DNA from: Tubulanus polymorphus
Taxonomy: Eukaryota > Animalia > Nemertea
DNA length: 64,000 nt
Assembly (NCBI RefSeq): GCF_964204645.1
Contig: NC_134034.1
Location: 3,241,814 to 3,305,813, forward strand
Direction of reading: 5' to 3'
Shown here: positions 32,084 to 44,134 of the stretch, piece after piece
Numbering within the stretch: the first letter of the stretch is position 1
How the letters are laid out: every line of letters starts with the position of its first letter
Made by a program: the position numbers and the translations under genes
The notes under the pieces: model-generated
What the model was told of the DNA's origin: nothing
The model's database searches: none
What the model saw: only the letters and a program-made list of their open reading frames with translations

Positions 32084-34238
32084 TTATAATGTATACATCC
32101 CTCCATTTAGCCAATCCTGGTCGATCTTGACGATAAATTCCTCCAATATCGCTTCGAGTTTCTCTCGAAGTTCCGCTTTAACAAATTCCTCGAATTCGTC
32201 TCGCGATATCTTTCTATTTCCGTCGGTGTCGGATTCCATCAGTGTCGCTCTTACTTTTTCTCCTTGTTCTCCGATCTGACCCAGAAATGACAGGTAACAT
32301 TCGACTTCTTCCGCGTCCAAATCCCCGCTTTTATCTTTGTCGAATTCTTCGAAGGTGTCCTTCCACTTTTTAACGACTCTCTCGCTGGAATGATTGTGAA
32401 ATGAATAAATGAGGCGACAGTATAATGAATTGACAGCCGATTAGTGTTTCGAGATGATAATCCAACCCCCGGACTAAGAGGACTGCAATCGGTCAAGCAA
32501 CCGAAGACAGAAAACAAGTGCCTACTTCATACAGACTTACAGAGTGAACCATTCCTAATTATAGGGACGTTAGATTATTCAAGGCCCAGGGCCCAGTTCC
32601 AAAGTCATGGCTTAGACTTCAGACCAATTTAAGATCATTTTAGTTCTATAGCCAATCTAACAACTTAGGACCAGTCTTAAGATTTAAGACCTTTTTTGGA
32701 CGTAACTCTCAACTGAAGAACCAGCCCCAGGACATATGATAAGCCCGAGACCTGACACCATGATTTGGAAATTTCCATTCAAATTTGGAAACCTCATCAA
32801 AACCTTAGTTTCACACATTTTTCCTTGATTTTAAAACATTACTTAAAAGTCCAACGTATTATGCTTACAACTATTTCAAAAAGCCGAATATCGAGCGACC
32901 TCAGTCAAGTACCGGCCATATGAAAAATCAACCCAACCCGCTTATTCTTCATGACATTGGCTTAAACGAAAAATCCAAGATGGCCGGTAACGTCAGTTTT
33001 CAATGGGGACTCTACGTTCGACTGCGGCAATCTACTTGTGGTAAGCGAAGATCCACCAGGTTCGCTAGTGTGCATTCAGACAACGACTCCCAGATTTCTT
33101 CTACGATTCAATTAAAATCTAACCATAATTTGTTGAATTCTTTGAATGGTGAGTTAAGTGAAGTTCACCCTATATATGAACCTAAAGATCATTCGAGTTT
33201 ATCAAGAAGGTGATTTGCCTAATTTCTGATGAGGGAGGCTAAAAATCTAGATGAAAGTTCATCCAAAATGAATTAGATTTTGACAGGGTTGTTGCACCGA
33301 TGCGCACGCCATCTAGTGGGATAGCTGGTGGCACCGAGTCCTCATTGTGATGGACATTTCACCTAATCCTCATATCAGGTTTTAGGTATTCATCTTGAAA
33401 TGTGGGGTGTGTATCACACTAATGTGGTCCCTGGGAACGAACGACCTAGGGCGGACACCGATTAATGAAATAAACCCCATCGAGGAGACTAGAAAAAAGA
33501 GGCACATTTAGGGAAATTTTGGTCCGGAAGAACAGCTAAGGTATTTCTTGGATAAAGCAGCCATTTCAAAGGGCAATAACGGGGTCCCTCTATCATTGTC
33601 AAATATTTTTTCGAATAAAGCCGAAAGTAACCGATTACTGGGAGAATGAGTGGTCAGATTTGTAAGGTTTGACAATATAAGTCTTAGTAAAAAAGGCAAC
33701 CACAACTGAACCACTGGACCGCCCCCAGAATCTGCCCCCGAAGTACCGCTGCCGCTGTCTCTTTTATGCATATGCACTATCGATGACATACCTGAACCAG
33801 TCGTGTACGAAGTCATTGAAATCTAACGGTTTTCTCTCTTCTCTGCAGTTGTACTTATTATCCAAATGCTGAAAAAATATCACGTACAAATTCTTACAAT
33901 ATATCATCCGCATTTTGGATTTCTCAATGATATCGTTTACGAAAAATCGATTTCTGAAAGATAATACCTGTTCAAACACGTATTGCACGATATGTGGACA
34001 GAAAATTCGAGGCATCTTTCGAAGAGACATTTCATATCTGAAAAGATCTTACCTTGATATATTTCATATTCGGCAGGACCCTCGACTGTTCCTGAAACGG
34101 AAGCTTGCGACGTCCATGTCCGTTATAATTCTTGGTATATTGCTCCACGGCTTTCTCGAAAACTTTCTTGAATCTATCGGCGATCTGATATTTAGTAAAA
34201 ATGACATCGAACAACTGAAAATATTTGACGTAGTCCAT
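32084..34238 (-). CDS. EF-hand calcium-binding protein, copy 1, 220 aa (exons 34238-34053, 33967-33792, 32384-32084)
   Basis: In-frame GT-AG splicing (phases 0, 2); loops DKDKSGDLDAEE and DTDGNRKISRDE; degenerate EF-like motifs in the N-half. Confidence 0.85.
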
Positions 34239-35313
34239 TTCGATGTTTCAGTCGCTTTACTTTGCGGTGTCAATTCGCCGAATGTGCCCGGTTTACAAGG
34301 TGCGTTTTGACCGCCGACCATAACCTCGAGACAGGTTTAGACGCATTCCCCCTGTCGTCGTTATGTTTTTAAGCAACCTTGGAAAATACCACTCAATCCA
34401 TTCAATACACGGACGAACATTAGATATGCGTTTTGCGACGTACCACCAACGTAAGTTCTTTGTATATTTAATGAATTCTTTTGATGATTTGACTTATAGG
34501 ATTAGGGGCATTGGACGGTTAACCTTTCAATGAACTCCGGACATTTCGATTTAAACGAACATGCCGCGCATTAGATGTTTATATATGTGCATTTTGAACA
34601 TGAACGTAAAAACAACGAACGAAAAGAAAATCAACGTAAATTCTCAAGATTTTAATGCGATCTTTAAATGCAAAAGATATAAACTAAAACTTTGAAATAT
34701 TATTCGCAAAGGAATTTTTGTTGACGTTAGGAAATAAAACGTTTTACGAGAGCCAGCGTAGTTTATCTATCACGCGTGTTTTTTGTTGAACTCCGCCCAC
34801 CTCGTGGCGTTTCAGTCCGTCTGAGTTTCCTAGACGCATAATATAATCATTTGAACCTCGTCTGCGAATCTTTCATATTACAGTAATTCATCATAATTCA
34901 TCAATAATTTTACAATAATTGATTATAAAGTAAAATTTTACTGTTGATAATATTTTATGATTTTCCAGTAATCAGTTATATCTTTTGATATTACAGTAAT
35001 TGATAATATCTAACAATATTACTGAGATTAAAAGTATTTCAGAATATTCAGCTTATTTCACGTCGCGCTTCGTGCAGACAAGGTTTTGCTGAACCCATTT
35101 GTTATTCAACGAGGAACACATTCTGTTGATTATTTTCTCGGGTCGCTCTTCTGTAGATCAACAGTAAGCGTTCTATAAGCGCTACCGACGACCCGACGGC
35201 TAGTCCGATAAGTAATATGAGGAATACGCCCGACATTTCAAAAAACGTCAACGGTTCGGTCTCTGACAATACGTCTGACCACCTGGTAGGATGGTCGCAT
35301 TTAAACTGACGCG

Positions 35314-35838
35314 CGGAACGCGTATAAATTTAAAGGTACGGGACTGTCACTCAGCGAGGATTACAGCCCAGAAACTTCGAATAAAATCCGCGAATTGCTC
35401 CCAATTAAAAAAGCGGCCGTCAAAGCTGGTCACAAAGCGTTCTTCAACTGGCAGGGTAACCTTTTCGTAGACAAAAAACCGTATAAGGGTGATGGTAGCG
35501 AATTTAGACGTAAGAAAAAACCAATGAAAGTGGCCCCGCCGCAGGGGAACACGGTAGCCGAAAATCAAGACGCCACACGTGACGAAGGGGTTTTTTCGTT
35601 TCGTGCCGGACCAAGCCCAGAGAGCTTTGACAAACATGATACAGTGCCAAAAACCGTATCTTATTCAAAATTCGCGGGGAAACCGAATCACAATAGAAAA
35701 CATGCGTCATCAAAGCCTGATTCGAAACGGGCACGGGTTTCTTCATCGGTTACCTCAACGGATGATGGCCTAGGCGATCTAGGCGAGGTGCTGAGGAACG
35801 CGCGCATGACACTAGATTGCGATCCGGTCCAGGCATAA
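35314..35838 (+). CDS. LINE ORF1, C-terminal part
   Basis: Open from 35314: KFKGTGLSLSEDYSPETSNKIRELLP...GHKAFFNWQGNLFVD resembles ORF1 C-terminal domains. Confidence 0.7.
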   Translation, partial: RNAYKFKGTGLSLSEDYSPETSNKIRELLPIKKAAVKAGHKAFFNWQGNLFVDKKPYKGDGSEFRRKKKPMKVAPPQGNTVAENQDATRDEGVFSFRAGPSPESFDKHDTVPKTVSYSKFAGKPNHNRKHASSKPDSKRARVSSSVTSTDDGLGDLGEVLRNARMTLDCDPVQA

Positions 35839-38800
35839 CGGGACACTGAGGCAAAATTATCCATTCTATCACTAAACGTTGGTGGATTGAGGAGCAAATT
35901 ACATGTCCCAGAATTTCAGGCGCTAATTCTGGAAAACGATGTTATCGCGCTAACTGAAACTAAACTCGATGATACGGACGAACAGTGGATAAAGCAGTTT
36001 TTTAAAAGTTTAGGATACAAAATATTCCTTAAGAACCGGAAAAAAATATCATCGTTCCGTTCAGGAGGCATAGCGATCGCCGTTAGACTGAACTTAGCTC
36101 CACATGTATGCCCTATTGACAGCGAAAGTAAATTAGTTCTGTGGCTGCGCGTTCATAAGCAGCTAACTGGATCTGAAAAAAATATCCAGATTGGATGTGT
36201 TTACGTTCCACCCGAATCGAGCAGTTACGGTGGAAGTGAGTGTTTTGACGAACTGAATCTCGAAATAATAGAGAATTATAATGCTAATGATTCGCACTTA
36301 TTTATTTGTGGTGATTTTAATGCGTACACTGGAAGCCTATTTGATTATAGTGACCCAAACGACTTTTTAACACAAGGGCTGGAATTCGAAAACGAGGTTT
36401 TTGCAGACACCCATACTTGTGTACAAATATTAAATTCCCTCAATATTACCAGACGTAAAACAAAGGATCTTTCTATTAACAACTACGGTTTACGGTTGGT
36501 GGAACTATGTAAAAACCATTCAATCATTATCCTGAATGGTCGAATAGCCCCTGATTTAACAGTTGGTGATTTTACGTGCCATAAAGGAGATAATGAACAT
36601 ATTGTCGACTACATGATTTCGTCATCGTACCTTATAAACTATGTAAAGCGGCTGGAGGTAATGGCATTCGACCGGTTACTTTCCGACGTACATAGCGCCA
36701 TCGTGACGCATCTACAACTTAAGACATCAGCGCCAGTTGTAACTGGTTCTCAAAATTTCGAACCGGAGGAGGTAGTGAACTGGGACCCAGATAAAAAAGA
36801 CCAATTCGCACAAGACATTTCGAGAAATTCAACGGTCCTTATTGAAATAAACGAAAACCTGATGAATGGGTCATTGAGCGCAAGCGAAGCCAATGAACGG
36901 CTTTGTGCTGTTATGTTACAATCAGCCGTTAAAGTAATGGGCAAACGAATTGTCAAACGTAAATCGAAACCTCGGCCACCGGCCAAGGCTACCCAAAACG
37001 AAGTCGTTAGAAACACCAGGTTGGATTATCGTCGTGCAAAAAGAACATACTCATCTTTACCCTCACGTAATAATCACTACATAATGAACCGTGCGTTCCG
37101 TAAATACAAAAACGCCATTCACAAATGGAATAGTGATAGGAAGACGGTTTTCAACAAGAAAATACGTTCACTGTCAAAATCTGACCCTCACAACTTCTGG
37201 AACTATTTCAAGAAGAACCACAATAACACGTGTAATGTCTCAAGCGCTGATTTTCTAAATCACTTTAAATCTATGAACGAGCGTCCTGTGCTTGATGGAA
37301 GTGAACCACGGCTTCATAACGTCGAAGACTTTAACGGCAATAACTATGACCAAACCCCTTTAAATCAACCTATTAACGGGGATGAAATATTAAAGAGTAT
37401 AAATAAATTAAAAAACTTTAAGGCTTGTGGTACGGACAAAATCCCTAACGAGTTCTTAAAATCGGCCGAGGAGAGTTTACTACCAACACTTATGTGTCTT
37501 TTTAACAATGTCCTTGATACAGGTAATATCCCCGAATCATGGTTAAACGGAATGATTATACCTATTTTCAAACAAAAGGGTAGTGCTGATGACCCAAGTA
37601 ACTATAGGGGCGTGACTTTGTTGAGCAATGTAGGCAAACTTTTTACTAGTGTCATCAACAACCGGCTAACTAATTACCTAGAGACGAACAATATACTACT
37701 GGAAAATCGAGCAGGTTTCAGACAAAAACACGGCATTCTGGACCATATATACTCCCTTAAGTCACTTGTGGATATGTTTTTGAATAGTAATCGCAAGCTT
37801 TACTGCATTTTTGTAGATTACAAACGTGCCTTTGATAGCATATGGAGAAAGGCTCTGTGGCATAAGATGATCAATAGTGGTGTTACGGGCAAAGTTCTAA
37901 ATGTAATATGTAGCATGTACCAGGGCATCAAGTCATGTGTATTTTCTAATGATAGTAAAACAGATGCCTTTGAAAGTTTTATGGGTGTCAGACAGGGAGA
38001 AAATTTGTCCCCTGTGCTCTTTTCAATATTTTTAAATGATCTGGAAGGCTATTTAGATGCTCAAAATTGTCCCTCCCTAAATCTGCGCATGCGTAATGAT
38101 GCATGGGTCAAATTGATGATCCTTATGTACGCAGACGATACAGTACTTATGAGCGAGAGTCCACAGGGTCTTCAGAAATTGATTGACAACCTGCATGTTT
38201 ATTGCAAAGATTGGAAGTTACAAATAAATTGCGAAAAAACAAAAGTAATGATATTCTCGAAACGAAGACTCCGAAACCCTCCGGAGTTTAATATAAACGG
38301 TCGAGTGTTGGAGTTAGTATATAACTATAAGTATTTGGGTATACTATTCTCCCATACCGGGTCTTTTGCTCAGTGCCGAAAAGCGTTAGCAACCCAAGCA
38401 CAGCGGGCTATGTTCTCTGTTTTAAAAAAGGTTAGCGAATATTCACTCGACGTTGATGTTAGTTTAAAGTTATATGATAGCATGGTATTACCAATCCTAT
38501 TATTTGGTTGTGAAATTTGGGGTTACGAAAATCTCCGAGTTCTTGAGTGCGTGCAGCTGAAATTTTTTAAATATTTACTCAAGTTAAAGAAATCTACTAA
38601 TAGCTCATTTGTCTATGGAGAACTGGGTCGTTTTCCTCTCGAAGTTTACGTACAGCTTAGAATTGTAAATTTTTGGGCAAAATTAATAACTGATGATAAA
38701 TTATCGTCAAAGGTTTACAGTTGTGTTTATAATAGCTATATTGATGGTCAAGCTAACTCTTGGATGGATTCTGTGAAGAACATTTTGCTCCGAAATGGGC

Positions 38801-39291
38801 TCGGATATATTTGGGAAAATCAAAATATTCCAAACGTGAATTACTTGAGTCTGATTCTTAAACAGAGATTGCAGGATCAGTTTATGCAAGTCTGGCATGC
38901 AAAACTTACTGATTCCACTATGGCTGTTACGTATTTAACAATCAAATGCCGTTTCGAAATGGAAAAGTATCTAACTGAATTAACCCCTAGGGACCGGTTA
39001 ACTTTATGTAGATTTAGATGCTCAGCTCACAGGCTACCGGTGGAAGTTGGGCGGTGGCGTGGAATTGCCCGTGCCAATAGGCTGTGCCAAAAGTGTGATT
39101 TAGTGGCGGTGGGGGATGAATATCACTTTTTACTCGTCTGCCCGTACTTCCAGGAATCCAGAGCTAGATATATCCCGGAGCGTTATTGGAGATTCCCCAA
39201 TAACGTAAAGTTGTATGATTTGTTCAACTCAAATTGCCAAACTCTTAAAAAATTGGCGTTGTATATACGCAAATGTTTAATACATTTCTAA
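35839..39291 (+). CDS. LINE ORF2: AP endonuclease + reverse transcriptase + C-terminal Cys/His motif
   Basis: SLNVGGL, LTET, GDFNA, SDVH, NYRGVTL, DYKRAFD, GVRQGENLSP, YADD, YLG, CQKC...HFLLVC; uninterrupted. Confidence 0.97.
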   Translation, partial: RDTEAKLSILSLNVGGLRSKLHVPEFQALILENDVIALTETKLDDTDEQWIKQFFKSLGYKIFLKNRKKISSFRSGGIAIAVRLNLAPHVCPIDSESKLVLWLRVHKQLTGSEKNIQIGCVYVPPESSSYGGSECFDELNLEIIENYNANDSHLFICGDFNAYTGSLFDYSDPNDFLTQGLEFENEVFADTHTCVQILNSLNITRRKTKDLSINNYGLRLVELCKNHSIIILNGRIAPDLTVGDFTCHKGDNEHIVDYMISSSYLINYVKRLEVMAFDRLLSDVHSAIVTHLQLKTSAPVVTGSQNFEPEEVVNWDPDKKDQFAQDISRNSTVLIEINENLMNGSLSASEANERLCAVMLQSAVKVMGKRIVKRKSKPRPPAKATQNEVVRNTRLDYRRAKRTYSSLPSRNNHYIMNRAFRKYKNAIHKWNSDRKTVFNKKIRSLSKSDPHNFWNYFKKNHNNTCNVSSADFLNHFKSMNERPVLDGSEPRLHNVEDFNGNNYDQTPLNQPINGDEILKSINKLKNFKACGTDKIPNEFLKSAEESLLPTLMCLFNNVLDTGNIPESWLNGMIIPIFKQKGSADDPSNYRGVTLLSNVGKLFTSVINNRLTNYLETNNILLENRAGFRQKHGILDHIYSLKSLVDMFLNSNRKLYCIFVDYKRAFDSIWRKALWHKMINSGVTGKVLNVICSMYQGIKSCVFSNDSKTDAFESFMGVRQGENLSPVLFSIFLNDLEGYLDAQNCPSLNLRMRNDAWVKLMILMYADDTVLMSESPQGLQKLIDNLHVYCKDWKLQINCEKTKVMIFSKRRLRNPPEFNINGRVLELVYNYKYLGILFSHTGSFAQCRKALATQAQRAMFSVLKKVSEYSLDVDVSLKLYDSMVLPILLFGCEIWGYENLRVLECVQLKFFKYLLKLKKSTNSSFVYGELGRFPLEVYVQLRIVNFWAKLITDDKLSSKVYSCVYNSYIDGQANSWMDSVKNILLRNGLGYIWENQNIPNVNYLSLILKQRLQDQFMQVWHAKLTDSTMAVTYLTIKCRFEMEKYLTELTPRDRLTLCRFRCSAHRLPVEVGRWRGIARANRLCQKCDLVAVGDEYHFLLVCPYFQESRARYIPERYWRFPNNVKLYDLFNSNCQTLKKLALYIRKCLIHF

Positions 39292-41279
39292 TGTTAAATG
39301 TTGCAATGTCTATTGTAAATTAATTTTGTGCTCTGTGCAATTGTATAATTGTAGAGTAAATAAACTTAACTTAACTAAAAAAAAAATTTAAATTTGTACC
39401 TGAAAACAACGAATGAAAACATTTAACTGTTGGTCTGACTCGCTGTAATCAGGTGCTGGCAATCAGTGCAATCTAACTGTGGCAATCGATGATTCTAGTC
39501 ATGGCATTTGAGGGTCTAACGTGGTTGTTATAGTGCGCAATAGGACATCAACTACTGTGGAAATTATAGAGGATTGCACCAGTGGAACGTGAGTATCTAC
39601 CTGGTGTCGCTAATATGATGTACATAGGAAACCAGCTGCCGTGGCAATTGAGGATTACACTTGTGTTAAGTGAAGATCCACCAGGTGTCACTAGCGGACA
39701 ACAGGATATCAACTGCGATTCGACACGCGAGGAACCACCAGGTGATGCTAGTGTAGGACTAACTGTAATAGTAACACATAAAAGCAGGCAGTTATGTTGT
39801 TGGTCAGTTAGTAATCAATTCGGGCCCAATAAATTTGCATTTCAAAGTTAACGCCACCTGGTGGGTTGGCTGGCTGTTCCTCCGTTCGGATCAATAACGC
39901 TTGAGACGCATTTGATGTACATACACGTGGTCAGTGTTGTTGTACGAACCATTTCAGCGAACTGAAATATATTCAAGGGTTGGGCATTTAGAGGGAGGGA
40001 AAAGAGATTGGGGGGGGGGGGGGGGGGTGAGATTGAGTTATAGTAGATGGTCTTCCACCAGACACCAGGTATATACGACCAGGGGAAAGTGTGGCAGAAA
40101 TTCAAATGGTTTATATGTACGGAAATGAGTAATATGTTACTGGGGGCTGGCGGAGAATTATGCGGATGTGAAGTTCCCCAAAATTACAAAACCGGAGCGG
40201 AGCATTTTTCCCAATATTACTTCTGACCTGTCTATTATCTCTTTTTGATCACCCTGAGTTCTTATGCGGGCTATCAACGAGTTCATTACGTGTCTTACTA
40301 AAGAACCCTTCGGCCCCTATCGATGGATATGCGTGCAGTATTATGATATGTTTGACAATAAAACAAAGTTTGATTTGATGTTGGTTGAAAATCTGATTAA
40401 ATGTCAGAGAAAATACTCACAAAAACTTGAAGGCGATCCAAAATATTCGTACTAGAATTCAAATCATGATCGTCGTATGCGAATTTTACTCTTGTGAACG
40501 GTCTGTACGTCTCGAGCAGGTCGTAAAAAATTCCGCTGAAATTTCCATCTTCCGATTTCATAAAGAAAGGCGGCTCCTGTTCAGATACAGAATGATGAAT
40601 AACATAGTGAGTTCACATTTCATAATTCATCGTTCACCCGGTGAGGCCCGTCTAGTTTGCTTGGTCTTCCGCACTTCATTTTCGACGCCGTCAAAACCGT
40701 TACAGTAATGAATGAAGCTTCTCTGCGTTATTGAATGGGTACTGTGCAAGTCGATGTGCACTACGTCATCAATATTGGTGTATCAAAATAGAAATTATAT
40801 GCAACATTGTGAATTTTGGCAGTATACTAAATAAACCAGTCTAATGTCAACACTGCCGTCTCGTTTGCCTTCTATGCTCCAGCTCTCCCGTGATTACAAT
40901 TTGCAAAAATGAATTCTTTTACTTTATTTCTCCGATCTTTTGAATTCATTTCATCACGATTTTCACTGATATATATTTTTGTCTACAGTCCTTCCGAAAT
41001 ATTATACTGAACATACCACGAACAACGAAAACGATTTCAAATTCCTCTGCTTTTCCTTGTTCCCTACCATTAAAACGACTATAAAAAGCCGCACTCCGAG
41101 TAATCAATTAAGAAAAGGCACGTGTAATGACGAAGTTTCAAAGTTTATTTTGCTCCATATTTTACAAATAAAACTAGGTGGCCAGTAGACGGCCTAAAAA
41201 CCAACAAAACTAAGAGTTTTTTATTAAGTCACATTTTCAAAGAAATACTTAAATGAATGTATACATATTTAATACTGTG

Positions 41280-43268
41280 TTACATCCATGCATTTTCCCA
41301 ATCCTTGTCGATCTCTTCGATAAAATTCTTCAATATCGCTTCGAGATCCTCCTTAATTTCCGCTTTAACGAATTTCTCGAATTCGTCGCGCGATATCCTT
41401 CCATTTTCGTCGGTGTCGGATGCCATCAGTGTCGCTCTTACTTTTTCTCCTTGTTCTCCGGTCTGACCCAGAAATGACAGGTAACATTCGACTTCTTCCG
41501 CGTCCAAATCCCCGCTTTTATCTTTGTCGAATTTTTCGAAGGTGTCCTTCCACTTTTTAACGACTCTATGGCTGGAATAATTGTGAAATGAATAAATGAG
41601 GCGACAGTATAATGAATTGACAGCCGATTAGTGTTTCGTAATGATAATCCGACCCGCGGGCTAAGACGGCAGTAATAGGTCAAGCAACCGAAGACAGAAA
41701 ACAAGTGCCTACTTCATACAGACTAACAGAGTGAACCATTCCAAATTATAGGAACGTTAGATTATTCAAGGCCCAGGGCCCAATTTCACGAACATTTAAC
41801 TCAATTTTCATTCAAATTTTGAAACCTCATTAAAAAATATAGTTTCACGAATTTTTTCTTGATTTGAAAACATTACTTAAAAGTCCAACGTATTATGCTT
41901 ACGACTATTTCAAAAAGCCGAATATCGAGTGACCTCGGTCATGAAAAATCAACCCAACCCGCATATTCTTCATGACATTGGCTTAAACGAAAAATCCAAG
42001 ATGGCCGGTAACGTCAGTTTTCAATGGGGACTCTACGTTCGACTGCGGCAATCGAGGATTCTACTTGTGGTAAGCGAAGATCCTCCAGGTGTCGCTAGTG
42101 TGCATTCAGACAACGACTCCCAGATTTCTTCTGAGATTCAATTAAAATCTAACCATAATTTGTTGAATTCTTTGAATGGTGAGTTAAGTGAAGTTCACCC
42201 TATATATGAACCTAAAGATCATTCGAGTTTATCAAGAAGGGGATTTGCCTAATTTCTGATGAGGGAGGCTAAAAATCTAGATGAAAGTTCATCCAAAATG
42301 AATTAGATTTTGACAGGGTTGTTGCACCGATGCGCACGCCATCTAGTGGGATAGCTGGTGGCACCGAGTCCTCATTGTGATGGACATTTCACCTAATCCT
42401 CATATCAGGTTTTAGGTATTCATCTTGAAATGTGGGGTGTGTATCACACTAATGTGGTCCCTGGGAACGAACGACCTAGGGCGGACACCGATTAGTGAAA
42501 TAAACCCCATCGAGGAGACTAGAAAAAAGAGGCACATTTAGGGAAATTTTGGTCCGGAAGAACAGCTAAGGTATTTCTTGGATGAAGCAGCCATTTAAAA
42601 GGGCAATAACGGGGTCCCTCTATCATTGTCAAATATTTTTTTCGAATAAAGCCGAAAGTAACCGATTACTGGAGAATGAGTGTTCAGATTTGTAAGGTTT
42701 GACAATGTAAGTCTTAGTAAAAAAGGCAACCACAACTGAACCACTGGACCGCCCCCAGAATCTGCCCCCGAAGTACCGCTGCCGCTGTCTCTTTTATGCA
42801 TATGCACTATCGATGACATACCTGAACCAGTCGTGTACGAAGTCATTGAAATCTAACGGTTTTCTCTCTTCTCTGCAGTTGTACGTATCATCCAAATGCT
42901 GAAAAAATATCACGTACAAATTCTTACAATATATCATCCGCATTTTGGATTTCTCAATGATATCGTTTACGAAAAATCGATTTCTGAAAGATAATACCTA
43001 TTCAAACACGTATTGCACGATATGTGGACAGAAAATTCGAGGCATCTTTCGAAGAGACATTTCATATCTAAAAAGATCTTACCTCGATATATCTATTATT
43101 TATGAGGACCCTCGACAGATCATCTAACGAGAGCTGGCAACGTCCATTTCCGTCATACGTCTTGGTATATTGCTCCACGACGTACTTGAAAACTTTCTTG
43201 AATCTATCGTTGATCTGATATTTAGTAAAAATGACATCGAACAACTGAAAATATTTGACGTAGTCCAT
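41280..43268 (-). CDS. EF-hand calcium-binding protein, copy 2, 217 aa (exons 43268-43083, 42997-42822, 41571-41280)
   Basis: Same exon phases; loops DKDKSGDLDAEE, DTDENGRISRDE. Confidence 0.85.
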
Positions 43269-44134
43269 TTCGATGTTTCAGTCGCTTTACTTCGCGGTGT
43301 CAATTCGCCGAATGTGCCCGCCCGGTTTAGAAGGTGCGTTTTGATCGCCGACTATAAACTCGAGACAGGTTTAGACGCATTCCCTCTGTCGTCGTTATGT
43401 TAATCCCATTCAATCCATTCAATACACGGACGAACCACCAATGTAAATTCTTTGTCTATTTAATGAATTCTTTTGATGATTTGACTTATAGGATTAGGGG
43501 CATTGGACGGTTACTCTTTCAATGAACTCCGGACATTTCGATTTGAACAGACATGCCGCGCATTAGATGTTTATATATGTGTATTTTGAAGATGAACGTG
43601 AAAACAACGAACGAAAAGAAAATCAACGTTAATTCTCGAGATTTTAATGCGATCTTTAAATGCAAAAGATATATACTAAAACTTTGAAATATTATTCGCA
43701 AAGGAATTTTTGTTGACGTTAGGAAATATAACGTTTTACGAGAGCCAGCGTAGTTTATCTATCACGCGTGTTTTTTGTTGAACTCCGCCCACTGAGTAAC
43801 CTCGTGGCGATTCAGTCCGTCTGAGTTTTCTAGACGCATGATATAATCATTTAAACCTCTGCGAATCTTTCATATTACAGTAATTCATCACATTTTATAA
43901 TATCGCAATAATTTTACAATAATTGATTATAAAGCAAAATTTTACAGTCGATAATATTTCATGATTTTCCAGTAATCAATTATACCTTTTGATATTACAG
44001 TAATTGATAATATCTAACAATATTACTGAGATTATTAAGTATTTCAGAATATTCAGCTTATTTCACGTCGCGCTTCGTGCAGACAAGGTTTTGCTGAACG
44101 CATTTATCATTCAACGAGGAACACATTGTGTTGA

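Larger units (their letters stand above)
35314..39394 (+). mobile_element. 5'-truncated APE-type non-LTR retrotransposon (RTEX/CR1-group-like; clade tentative)
   Basis: Absent from units 2 and 3; ORF1 C-terminus then ORF2; AATAAA, (ACTTA)n and A-rich tail. Confidence 0.95.
35108..40576 (-). pseudogene. iGluR-like ligand-binding/channel cassette, copy 1, destroyed
   Basis: S1 exon 40576-40421 intact, but ~720 bp of the main exon deleted (junction ~40314); M4 exon split by the LINE and carries a 25-bp deletion. Confidence 0.9.

Noticed and set aside
33226-33260. Hammerhead ribozyme (CTGATGA...GAAA), present in each unit
   Set aside because: No pairing for stem II or the flanking stems could be found by eye
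33508-33816. Conserved ORF MTSYTTGSGM... in all three units
   Set aside because: Mostly intron 2 of the EF-hand gene, frameshifted in unit 2; conservation reflects recent duplication
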